A DNA stretch of 64,000 nt, taken from the NCBI GenBank assembly GCA_951406725.2, contig OX597820.1, forward strand, positions 100,192,001-100,256,000, written 5' to 3'. The DNA is from Octopus vulgaris (taxonomy: Eukaryota). The position numbers and the translations under genes are program-made. Positions within the stretch are counted from its first letter, which is position 1; each line of letters starts with the position of its first letter. The notes under the pieces were generated by a model. The model searched no databases and had not been told where the DNA came from. It saw only the letters and a program-made list of their open reading frames with translations. Shown here one piece after another: positions 51,857 through 64,000 of the stretch.

Positions 51857-52436
51857 TACATAGTAAATAATGTCATTGAAAGTTGACCTTAGAGCTATGC
51901 CTTTCGCTTCGCAGTAAACTTAACTGTTGAATAGTCGCAAGTCAACAGTTGTATGGAAATCGTGAGTAGTTCTGGGGAGTAAAACCTATTTGAGGGGTTA
52001 GTGCGGTGTCTGGATGAACAATACAGACCACAAGAGAAGGAGACGCGATGTGACATAATATAAACCAGCTTCGTGCAGTAACTATAGGAAAGAAAATATT
52101 ATGACTAGAAGCTTCTGACCTAGTGGCTTTTTTAAGTTGTCAATCGTGTGTAGCAAAGAGCTCCTTCCCAGATTTAGGTACAGCAATCCATTGAGCATCA
52201 CGGCAGAGGGTTGTAGAGTATTAATGTTGATCGGTAATAAAATATTTTGTGGCCTTGAATCAGAAGGCAAGTCTTTATTGTGCAGTTTTTATTATGTTCT
52301 GTACATACATTCGACAGCAAGTATCTTCGATAAGGGGGAACGCCTTGTATTTATAGCAATATTGACGTATGTAGTTGCGTACTCTTCAGAGAGAAATGAT
52401 ACAATAATATTTTCTTAATATAATATAATATAATAT

Positions 52437-52948
52437 ATATATATAAAACTGTAGTTGTGTGAGTGTCTGTCCCCTTCGATTTAGATTCCTAACTACTCCC
52501 ACATTTTGCGGTGCAGTTTAACCAAATTCGGGTATCTTATAGTCGGGATTCATATCGAGCCCGTCTGAGTATTAGCGCGCGTCTACGATGAGTCTACGAT
52601 TTTAAAAATAATTTAACATCATTTTTTATTCCATTTTAATGCATAAAATGCATCGTGTGTCGATGGCAGCGGAGTTGGCGTCCATGGTCACACCTGCACC
52701 TGTTTGCTTCTCCCCCTTCTTCCCTCCCTCGTGAAGCTGTGGGGAAGGGAGTGTAAGGAAATCAACGTCGTAAAGCGTTGTCAAGGAGACCAGCGTTCTT
52801 TTAGAACAACGACTTCATGGCTTGAAGACACCAAAACAGAAATGGCTAAGAAAGCCCGAATTGGTGTCTATAAGGGAAGTAACTCTCTAAAAATGCTTAT
52901 ATAGTTATTTCCCTTACAAACCCGAGCAACGCCGGGCGATACTGCTAG
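52437..52948 (+). mobile_element. Non-autonomous Helitron
   Basis: Begins TATATAAAACTG; ends with hairpin CCCGAGCAACGCCGGG then CTAG|T; sits within the (TATAA)n tail of the adjacent CR1. Confidence 0.7.
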
Positions 52949-52974
52949 TATAATATAATATAATATAACATATA

Positions 52975-55900
52975 AAGAAATTGTTGTATACAGTGCTCAG
53001 GTCCACCACAACTTGTCAAAAGTGCGTATAATGCATATGCAGTAATGTACAAATGTCTGGGAAGTGAACAGTGTATGAGTTAAATACATGCTTGCGTGTG
53101 TATGGAGGGGAGAAAATCAGGTGTAGTGTTGGCGAATCTAAGGAAGCATGGAAGTTGTGAAGGATGCAGTGCTCCGACAACTAACAACTGAATGCCGGCA
53201 GTCTGTTCCATGCTTCAGCAACTCTTAGTGTGAAAAAATGTTTCCGAAAGTCATGGGAGCTGTGCTGTTTTCTGACTTTGTAAACATGTCCACGGGTGTT
53301 AGACAGGTGGAGTTTGAAAAGTTAGTAGGATGGTTAATAATTTTATGGGTGCCTGCCAAGTCAGCTGCCCGACGTCGGAGTTTCAATGTATCCATGCTCA
53401 GGGAAGTAAGGCGTTCAGAATATGGCAAATGCTTGATGGAGGGCATTCTCTTGGTTGCACGTCGCTGAACGGCTTCCAGACGATTAATATCCTGGGTAAG
53501 ATAGAGGTTCCAGACCGGTGATGCAAATTCCAGGTGAGGCCGCACCATAGCTATATAAAGCCTCAGATAGATAACCGGAGAGCAGCTCACAAAGGACTTG
53601 GTAAGTAATGCCAAGACACTCTCAGCCTTCTAGGCAATTTTAGCGATGTGTTTTGTCCAACGCAAATCGCTGTCGACAATAATGCTCAGGTCACGTTCAC
53701 AAGAAGAGTTTTTGAGATTAGTATTGTGGAGGGAGTAAGTAGACTTGGGCTTTTCCTCCCAAAATGCATGGTGGTACATTTGTCCACAGCCAGCTTGAGT
53801 TGCCAGTCCATGATCCACTGCTACATTGTGTCCAGGTCTAATTGCAATAAAGATCTATAGTGTACAGGATCTGTCCTCTTTATTTCGAGGTACAGCTTGA
53901 TGTCATCTGCATATTTCAGCACTGGCATCTTTAACTTGGCATCTATGTCATTAACATATGTAACAAATAAAAGGGAACCAAGAATAGATCCCTGTGGTAC
54001 ACCAGATGTCATCTCATAGGGTGAAGAGTGCTGTCCTAGAAGTATGACAACTTCTTTTCGGCCGATAATGAAGGATTTCAACCAGTTATAGAGATCATCT
54101 CTTACACCCATTGCAGAGAGTTTCACCATAAGTCTTTTGTGTGGCACAGAATTAAAAGCCTTAGCAAAGTCCAGGTAAACAACATCTACCCAGGAGTGAT
54201 TCGGGTAAAGTCCTCAAGAAACTTGATGAGTTGATTACAGCAGCTGGAGTTAGGAATAAATCCAAATTGTGACGGCTGGATGAGACTGTGAGATTTGCAG
54301 AAGTTCCAGAGGGTTTCTCTGACACAGGATTCCATCAGTTTGACGATGCAACTAGTAAGACTGACGAGGCGATAGTTGACAGGCGATGTGCGGTCACCTT
54401 TTTTGAACAGAGGGATAACACTGGCAGTTTTCCACTGCTCTGGAGTAACACTATTGTCAAGACAGAATTGAAAGAATAGTGAAAGTTGGTTTAGAAGAAA
54501 GTACCCACCGCGTTTGAGAAGTAGGTATGTAATACCGTCGAGACCAGGAGAGGCATAGTTACGTTTATTCTTAAGGTGGCGTTGTAACATTGCTGGTGTA
54601 AATTTCATAGTAATTATAGAGTCCGGTGTCAGAGGTAATGGAGATGGAACATTTTGATCTTCGACAGTAAACATGCCTGCATAGCATCTAGCAATGATTT
54701 CTGCACATTCTTTGGGATTGTCAGTAATCTGGCCTGTGTGGAGATTGCGAAGAGGGCCAACTGGCGAGTGAGGCCTCTGTTTTGAATGTACATACTTTCA
54801 GTACACTTTGCTGTCAGGGTTGGTTGCTATGCGCTGTTCGAATTCAAGCACTGCCCTTTTTGTCAACTGCTTGAGATGGTTGGATGATCTATTGCGCTTT
54901 TTCCTGTTGATCTCTGATTTGTGCATCTTGTATTCCTGTTCAGCATTACGGCGTTCTTTCCTGGTACGTCGGACTGCTGCAGTCTCCTAAATTGCACTAT
55001 TGGGTGATTTTCTTGTGCTTGCGTGGTACTGATACTGCACATGCCGTCCATATTGAATTCAGGGTGTTCTGAAGTATAGTGTTCACATCTCCAGAGGCAT
55101 AAAATTCGAGCCAGTTTAGGCATCGCAGCTCGGTACAATAAGAGTTCCAGTCTGCTTTATTCCAGTCGAAGCGGGCAGTTTGAAGATGGTTTTTGTTTTT
55201 TGTTACAACCAATCAGAGAGAAGTCGGCCATGATCTTCAGTAGTGACACTAATATTTGTTTCAGGAGAAGCGGTAAATAACAGATCCAAAGTGTTGTTAC
55301 CCCTTGTGGGGAAGGTAACGACTTGGGACCAATTTGAATTCAGCACCAGTTCAAGCAAATCGTCTGCACTTTGTGGCCAACGGAAGGCCTCCCAGTCAAT
55401 CTCAGGGAAATTGAAGTCCCCCGCAATATAAACATAAGTGGCTGTTTTCATGGCAAAAACTCTGAGGATATCAAAAACTGTGTGCCTTGATGATAATTTT
55501 GGTGGGAGGGTAAACAACTTCAAGTAGAAGTGCTGACATGGTCATGTGTATATTGAAGAAAAATACTTCCTGTTGAGATTGGTTCAAATCATCACAAGGA
55601 ATTGCCGATAGATTTGAACGAACGTAGACCATCACGTCCCCACCACGGCGATTGATGCGGTCTTTGCGGAACAGGTTGTAGCCAGCTATGCTGACAACCC
55701 CATCACAGAGTGCAGAATGTGCCCATGTTTCCGTGACTGTGATGAAATCTGGGTCGATACTTTTGACATAAAAGTCAAAAAGATGTACCTTACTGCATAA
55801 ACTACAGGCATTCAAGGACAACAGTTTGTATCTGGATTTCAGATGACGATGATATACTGGGGATGGCTGATTGTTCTTGTTTAGTTTCCCATGATTTTCG

Positions 55901-56400
55901 TATTGCCAGTTATTGTGGGTGCAGTATGCTCAGACCAACTGATATCCCTTATCTACGACTCACCAGACTTGACGAGTTTCCGTATTTGCACATCGTCGCG
56001 TAGGCTAAAGCTTTTCTGTGTCACAGCATTGCGATTTAGAGAAGCTACAGATCTTAGCTTTGGGCGTACCTCAGATGGTAGGTCAGATCGTGACCAAAAG
56101 GTGATTCTGTTTTCGCGCCAAGCCCTATCAGCGGCTAGATGGTATGCCCGCGCCTCAGTAGAGTTCGAAAACAACAGCCGTGACTATATACTGTGACTAT
56201 GCCTGTCAACTGTAGGTGGAGAGAAAAAATTCACATGAGTTGCCAAATTTGCATGATATATTTTAACCTACTTTTCAGTCTGTAATATTTTCAACTATTT
56301 TGTATCAAATAAAACCTTCAAACACTGGGGAAAGTGGCTTACATTCATTACTGTTCAAATTTCTTTTGATTTCTATATTGTATTATATTTAGCCTTAAAA
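52975..56400 (-). mobile_element. CR1-clade LINE, nearly complete ORF2 with frameshifts
   Basis: APE motifs (LNACSL, VTETW, RKDR..RGG, AGDFNFP, TRGNNTLDL) and RT motifs (SPGLDG, NYRLVSLTS, SGVPQGSILG, KYADDIKL). The 5' boundary is uncertain. Confidence 0.9.
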
Positions 56401-56938
56401 ACTGGTTTTTATTGTTTGGATGGGAGTGCCTGACTATGCTGTCTTGTGTGCGGCTCTTGAGTCAATGAGTTCCTAAAGGTTGGCAATTCCAAATAATATC
56501 AGATTCTTTAATTCAACGCTTCTCAACGAGGGCCATATGGCCCCCGGAGTGGGGTGGGGCATTTGGAGCGCGAGGGGGGGGGGGCTTTTGGAGCAAAGGG
56601 GCAGTTGTGGAGCGTTAAGAGACTTGGGGTGCTAGTGGGATACTGGAAGACCCTTGTCTTTGGTAAGTTTAATTTGAAATTAACAAGTAGTAGCCATATT
56701 TTCACATCTCTGCGACAGTTAATTTTAAAAAATCATGCCGTTTTGTTTCATATTTTCAAAACTTAAAAACACTTTTTCCACTTTGATGACGCCAAGCAAA
56801 TTCTTGGGAACATGTGTAACTGGAGTCGCTAAAGTGAAACCCCGAAAACAAAAACAAAAACTAAAACAGACGAATAATAACAGACGATTAAAAGAAAAGA
56901 GTAATGAATAAAAGCAAAAAGCTGAATGTGTGTGTGTA

Positions 56939-57035
<97 letters not shown>

Positions 57036-57120
57036 CTGATAGGTTTCATAAATATACTTCCTCTGGAAATGAAATCTAAAGTTGGTAACAATTACTGGGA
57101 AGTATATCCACTCGTCAGAG
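57036..57120 (-). ncRNA. Minimal hammerhead ribozyme motif, near-intact
   Basis: Minus strand: CT-CTGACGA-GTGGATATACTTCC...GGAAGTATATTTAT-GAAA-CCTA-TC-AG. Stem II is 14 bp (with G.U pairs) and the core boxes are intact, but stem I is only 2 bp. Confidence 0.55.
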
Positions 57121-57320
57121 AATAGGATGAATTTTAATGGAGGAAATCGAATGATGGAAATGCTATTTAAAATCCGGTTTTAAATAGCATTTCCATCATT
57201 CGGTTCACAACACTGGTATTCATCCTTTCTCTGATGAGTGGATATACTTCCCAACCATGCTTATCAACTTTAGATTTCATTTCGAGAGGTAGTATATATA
57301 CATGCCATGATCGTAAGAAC
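57036..57320. repeat. Foldback palindrome with a hammerhead motif in each arm
   Basis: Near-perfect central hairpin 57148-57202; diverged outer arms at about 57049-57131 and 57218-57298. Confidence 0.85.
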
Positions 57321-57342
57321 TTTCAAAACTTAAAAAAACGCT

Positions 57343-57409
57343 TTTAATGATCATAGCTGTACTTTATTTATTTATAATAAATAAATAAAGTACAGCTATG
57401 ATCATTAAA
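57343..57409. repeat. Perfect palindrome, 33-bp arms, 1-nt spacer
   Basis: tttaatgatcatagctgtactttatttatttat-a-ataaataaataaagtacagctatgatcattaaa. Confidence 0.9.
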
Positions 57410-57653
57410 TATACAATATTACTTGTATTATGGAACTATCTCTACTGTAATTTTTAAGATATAACTTTTCCTACTTTTACCCTCTAATATATTTTTGTTA
57501 AGTTAGAATTTCTCTGTTTTTGGTCAGGATTTTCCAAATTCTTGTATCAAGCATTAGAAAAATTAAATTCATAGAGCCAAACAAAATCAAAAATATTAAT
57601 TTTAATCGTAATGATGGAGAGGCGTAAACAAAAACTAAGGGAAAACAGACACT

Positions 57654-57694
<41 letters not shown>

Positions 57695-57746
57695 ACACAT
57701 ACACACATATATAGGCATATATACATACATATATGTACATACTGAC

Positions 57747-57814
<68 letters not shown>

Positions 57815-58518
57815 TATATGGGTACAGGACGTCACAAAATGTAAAAAAAACAACATGAAATACGAAGGCAAAACTTTTTTGCGAACAACGAGAGAAACAA
57901 TTGGAAAACTAGACAAGTAATATAAAGAACGACCCTTCATCAGTTGTCGGCTGTTTATCTACTCCACATTTCGAGCAATTTACGACAGTATATACATTTG
58001 AGAAAGCACTTGCTCCCGCAAACCAAAATAAAATTTGGGATTTTGCGGAGGTTCAAAGTTGGTAACAAAAACAGTACAGTGAAACAAATAGTGATGGCTG
58101 CTAAGCCAGACGGGGTAAGGTGGTGAACGCTGAAAAACATTCTTTGACAGAAGAAAAGACTGGAGGGGAGACAGACATGAATACTTCCGGTCTGTTGCAC
58201 AGACCGGAAAAAAAGGAAGATGAACACGTGTGGAAAAAAAGATGGACGATATTCACGTGTGAGCAACGAGAGAGTAAAGGGGAAAGAAGGAGAGAGAGGG
58301 GGGACAAACAGAAAACGGTGAAGGGGAGAAAAAGAATTAAAGTAAGGATGAGAGGAGAAATAACGAAAGGGAGAGAAGGGGAGAATAAAATGTTAGAGAA
58401 AGGGAGAGAGAGAAAAATGAAAGGGGAGAGAGAACAGTACAGAGGAGAGTCGCATCAAAATTATTAAGATAAACTTACTTGGAAATGGATGCGAAACGTT
58501 CAATCATATATATATATA

Positions 58519-58629
<111 letters not shown>

Positions 58630-58785
58630 TAGTAAAAAGTGAAAGAACTACAGAAGGCTTGTTTTAGAAGGTTAAAAGATATATATTTGAGTAATTATGT
58701 CTGAAGAATGTTATAAATTTTTGTCATACAATGACATAATTTTTGAAGAAAGACCGGTTTCGCGTTCAGCTTTTCAAATTTCTCA

Positions 58786-58846
<61 letters not shown>

Positions 58847-58870
58847 AAAGAGAAAGAGAGTATATATGTA

Positions 58871-58930
<60 letters not shown>

Positions 58931-59299
58931 CATATATATATATGTGTGTGTATATATGTATATACATAGATAGATAGATAGATACATACATACATACATA
59001 CATACATACATACATACATACATACATACATACATACATACATACATACAAACATACATACATACAAAATTTTTTCGATTCTGTCTTCTGCATAATGGAC
59101 TTGATATGATTATACAACCACAACAAAAGACTCACCCAACCACCCCAATTTGTTTTGTTTTGCTTTGTCTTCTTTTTTTTTCTTGTTAATTCGTGGTTTT
59201 AAAATACAGACAGTCCGAATCTAACATTCGTTACTCTTCATAATTTCCAAATAATTTTTTAATACTTTTATATAAGAAAGTCAATTGACGGTCTTCACA

Positions 59300-59480
59300 C
59301 TTTTCCACATAATGTTGGACTTTGTGAATTACCAGTGACATGTTGCATGTCCATCAGCAATATTAGCAAATAGACAGCCGGGCAGTGGTACGGCACATAG
59401 TCAAAGTAGACGAAAGTCTTCTTTTGAAGAAGTAAAATAAAGTTGGAAGAGTGGTAAAGAAGTTTTGGATACTTGTGATT
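59300..59480 (+). pseudogene. Merlin/IS1595-like transposase fragment
   Basis: Translation RHIVKVDESLLLKK*NKVGRVVKKFWIL resembles the Merlin/ISXO2 motif (VEIDES..KRKYNRGR....WVFG). Confidence 0.5.
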
Positions 59481-59595
59481 GTCGTAACCGATGGTGTGCC
59501 AGATTTTTTATGCGTATATGTGGGTGTATAAACATATAATTAAAACAATACATATACACCCACGTATATACATACATTTATACATATATATATAT

Positions 59596-59990
59596 ATTCT
59601 CTCTTTACTCTTTTACTTGTTTCAGTCATTTGACTGCAGCCATGCTGGAGCACCGCCTTTAGTCGAGCAAATCGACCCCGGGACTTATTCTTTGTAAGCC
59701 CAGTACTTATTCTATCGGTCTCTTTTGCCGAACCGCTAAGTGACGGGGACATAAACACACCAGCATCGGTTGTCAAGCAATGCTAGGGGGACAAACACAC
59801 ACGTACACGCATATATATATACATATATACGACGGGCTTCTTTCAGTTTCCGTCTACCAAATCCACTCACAAGGCTTTGGTCGGCCCGAGGCTATAGTAG
59901 AAGACACTTGCCCCAGGTGCCACGCAGTGGGACTGAACCCGGAACCATGTGGTTGGTAAGCAAGCTACTTACCACACAGCCACTCCTGCG

Positions 59991-59992
<2 letters not shown>
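59596..59992 (-). mobile_element. Full-length tRNA-derived composite SINE
   Basis: Head GGCGCAGGAGTGGCTGTGTGGTAAG..GGTTCCGGGTTCAGTCCC, internal (TA)/(TG) tract, tail GAAACAAGTAAAAGAGTAAAGAG. Confidence 0.85.
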
Positions 59993-60083
<91 letters not shown>

Positions 60084-60260
60084 GTTTAAATATTTGTTGT
60101 GCAAGATTTTTTATGTGAAGTCGTGTGTTGAAACAGATATTGTTATATTTCGGAATGGTCATATTGCCAGTTTAGCCAATAAAAACACACGCACTATATA
60201 TTTGGTGTTATTTTGCTTCAGTGATATTTATTTTTTACATTAATCTTAATCTTATTTCGG

Positions 60261-60300
60261 CCAAAGTTCTTTCGTCACACTCCTGTGACCGCATCAGTGG
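60261..60300 (-). ncRNA. Minimal hammerhead-like motif (inverted copy of 61357-61396)
   Basis: Exact reverse complement of the motif at 61357-61396, in the left arm of the long inverted repeat. Confidence 0.5.
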
Positions 60301-61356
60301 TCCTTTGTTTTCTTCTCACTTACTTGTGTCTCTCCTTACTAACCGTCAGCCATTTTGTATTTCTATTGTATGTCTTCATTTGCGCATGCTTATATCTCTA
60401 TGTGCGTCTATGTTTATTTAGTGTGTGGGGGGGATGCCTGTAATATTTGTATCTTCTGGTTATATACATTCTTGTAATTTGTATTTTGTTTTTGTTGTTG
60501 TTGCTTTTGTTCTAATTTTATTCATGTGTTTACATCCACCCATTATTATCATTACATATGCTTGTATGTATGTATAACAACAATACTAGTAATAATAATA
60601 ATAAATCTAATCGAGAAAAAAAAAAAAAAGAATAAACATCATCGATTCTGTACCAACACGCCGAACAAGAACACGGGGGATCAATCAATAACATAGAGAT
60701 TAAGATATTGTCCACACATAGAACAGATGCAACAATTAGACAAATTACAGAAGCTACACATATAATAGAAAATAAACCTAGCCTGAATAGAAAACTAGAA
60801 TGGAGCAATAGCGCACACCACAACATATGACAATAGTGGATCCTGCAAACATAATAAATACACAGGTAATTAAAGAAATAGAAATGAATATCTATATATA
60901 TGTATATGTGTATATATATGTATATGTATATGTGTATATATGTGTGTATATATGTATATATATATATATATATATGTATATGTATATGTATGTATATATA
61001 TATATATATGTATATGTATATTCTTTTTTTTTTTTTTTCTCGATTAGATTTATTATTATTATTACTAGTATTGTTGTTATACATACATACAAGCATATGT
61101 AGTGATAATAATGGGTGGATGTAAACACATGAATAAAATTAGAACAAAAGCAACAACAACAAAAACAAAATACAAATTACAAGAATGTATATAACCAGAA
61201 GATACAAATATTACAGGCATCCCCCCACACACACACTAAATAAACATAGACGCACATAGAGATATAAGCATGCGCAAATGAAGACATACAATAGAAATAC
61301 AAAATGGCTGACGGTTAGTAAGGAGAGACACAAGTAAGTGAGAAGAAAACAAAGGA

Positions 61357-61396
61357 CCACTGATGCGGTCACAGGAGTGTGACGAAAGAACTTTGG
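61357..61396 (+). ncRNA. Minimal hammerhead-like motif (variant core)
   Basis: CCA-CTGATGC-G-GTCACA(GGAG)TGTGAC-GAAA-GAAC-TT-TGG. Stems I and II pair; A9 is replaced by C. Confidence 0.5.
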
Positions 61397-61512
61397 CCGA
61401 AATAAGATTAAGATTAATGTAAAAAATAAATATCACTGAAGCAAAATAACACCAAATATATAGTGCGTGTGTTTTTATTGGCTAAACTGGCAATATGACC
61501 ATTCCGAAATAT

Positions 61513-61699
<187 letters not shown>

Positions 61700-63224
61700 C
61701 ATACATACAACAAGGTCCAATGGTGATCTGAAGCATATTTGTAGAAAAGGAATATTTAATTTTCACAAGGTTATGAAGAAGCAAATCTTTGGGGCACAGT
61801 TGTGTAGATATGTCATGTGAGTTGACTTGTGCGCATTTTGCCGCGTGTTCTCATTACTATTTCTTTTCTCATTTCACGTGGGCTTCTCTAATGCCATCGT
61901 ATTTCAAGCGATCCCATTCTTATTACAAATTTTAGGCACTTTTCAACATCTCTTCTTCAATTATTAGTTCCCCTTCGTTTGCACTACTTACACCACAACT
62001 CACTGATTCTCTCTATCCCCCCCCACACACACACAAACTCAGACATTGCAGTATTCCTTAGTTTTTTTTTTTTATATTTTATCATCATTTATGGATCCAA
62101 AAAGACAATGCAGATATGAAAGTAGATATATATACATATAAAAGTACATGTGTATATATAAATATATATATATATATTCGTTATTAACGACGGAAGCAGC
62201 ATTAGTAACGCATAGCAATCTGCATATCTTACTTAACGTGGATATGCTGTAAGAACGCCACAATACTGTGGTATTCGACTTGAGAAAGCATTCCGTATAG
62301 ACGTATATGGCTAAAATGCTACAGACACTTGTATGCTTATAAATGTGCATGAATATATACACGCACACACACATACACATACGTATACACATATAGACAC
62401 AGACACACACACACGCACACACAAAAAAATGCGCACACATACGCAGGCATACACGCACACAAATGCACATACCCAACACTCACTGCCCCACGGATATACA
62501 CCCATACACGCACACGAATGCACACACCCAACACTCACAACCCCACGTATATACACCCATATACGCTTACACACACACATACAAACGCGCACGTACACGC
62601 ACACACAACTACACGCACGCACATACATACACACACACACAAATGAACCCACACATACATCCCATACACACGGCACACAATTATACATACATGTGTACAC
62701 ACATACGCGCGTACAAGCACACACGCACACACACATACATACACACACACACACTACCAACAAAAACACACACGATACATATACATACACGCACACACAC
62801 ACACATACTTCAAACTAGCAGTACCTACTACTGACCTGGGGTGGAGAGAAAAAGAGCCACTACCAATTCCTTCTTCCTTGACCTTAAACAATACTAAGCC
62901 TTACAACACGCAAAGATTAACACGCACACACACACACACACACACACGTGTTATCATAGCACACATACACTCATACACACACACGCACACGCAGACCTTC
63001 GTGAAAATAATGGGTGTTCGTGTCGTTATACAGGTTCCTGTATATGAAAGATAATGGAGCGGAGGTGAAGAGTGCGTATTCTTTACCTTCGCCGACAATG
63101 AGTGTATATGTGTGTGTGTGTGTGTTGTATTAAATCATACACACACAAAAACACACTTGCATAATGTATGTATTTATTTATGTATGTACGTACATATGAA
63201 AGATAATGGTAGTGTGTGTGTGTA

Positions 63225-63257
<33 letters not shown>

Positions 63258-63365
63258 TTGCAAATAAATGCAGATAAATTCAAAACAAGGTGGACAAATA
63301 ATACTCGAATACCAAATATATAGAGAAATATATTTTTTATTAAAGCTGCAAGTGACTTTAATAAA

Positions 63366-63399
<34 letters not shown>

Positions 63400-64000
63400 T
63401 CCAAGGATCGAGGTGTAGGAAGAATGTTAGTTTCAAGCAATCAGTAGTAAATATAAAAAAACAACTTTCAGGGACAACAGTGCTTTATTGAGACGGAAGG
63501 TTTTGAATTTTTTCGTATCGAAATACGATAAACTGAAAAAAATTCTTTTAAACATGTTTTGTACTTCCTACTTTTAAATTCTCTTAAAATCATTTTATTT
63601 TATTGATAAATAAAAAAAAATTGCTGAAACTAGTTTGGTATGTAAGTAAATAAATTTATTTAAATTAAACATATTTTTCAAAATTTAGGTGTATTTCCAA
63701 AAACAAATTGTCCTGTATTTTTTTCCTGCGTGGAAATATCTCTTCATTCTATATATATATATATATATAAATTAAAGATAAAATTAATTTAATTTATATT
63801 TATACTGTGAAATTTGATTTAATCCTAAATCTAATTTTTCCCTGTAAGTTTGGAGCCATATTCCCTAATATTATTATTATTATCATTATTATTATATATA
63901 TATATATATAGTGTGTGTGTGTGTGTGTGTGTGCGTGTGCGTGTATCACTGGTTATGTTACCATCGGTTTTGCACACAATATTCCCACTATAAAATATTG

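Noticed and set aside
57925-57980. CTGATGA and CGAAA on the minus strand as a permuted hammerhead (similar pattern near 15600-15690)
   Set aside because: The boxes are in reversed order and stems I and III do not pair convincingly; treated only as probable PLE-derived repeat.
58745-58775. GAAACCGGTC hammerhead 3' half on the minus strand
   Set aside because: No proper CTGANGA box or stem II; the upstream part is replaced by (TA)n.
63478-63535. Stem followed by GAAATACGATA
   Set aside because: First core box is unrecognisable; too degenerate to call.

Overview
AT-rich, repeat-dominated animal genomic DNA, not prokaryotic. The SINE repertoire, dense (TA)n/(CA)n/(TAA)n/(CATA)n microsatellites and retroelement mix suggest an octopus-like cephalopod (inference). 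Two host genes are supported. One is a minus-strand, two-coding-exon GT31 (beta-1,3-galactosyltransferase-like) gene with an unusual C-terminal membrane anchor and an altered DxD motif. The other is the first coding exon of a secreted PAN/apple-domain protein. The rest is mostly decayed mobile DNA: Tx1/L1, R4/Dong, RTE, CR1 and Penelope-like (PLE) retroelements, mariner, hAT, Merlin and Helitron remnants, and three kinds of tRNA-derived SINE. There is also a 6.3/7.4-kb tandem duplication. The most notable signal not explained by the ORF track is a set of minimal type I hammerhead ribozyme motifs with palindromic stem III. One is fully canonical (23358-23440, minus strand), and several sit as outward-facing pairs in foldback inverted-repeat units that look like non-autonomous Penelope-derived elements. 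Coordinates were read by eye; boundaries of decayed repeats are approximate.
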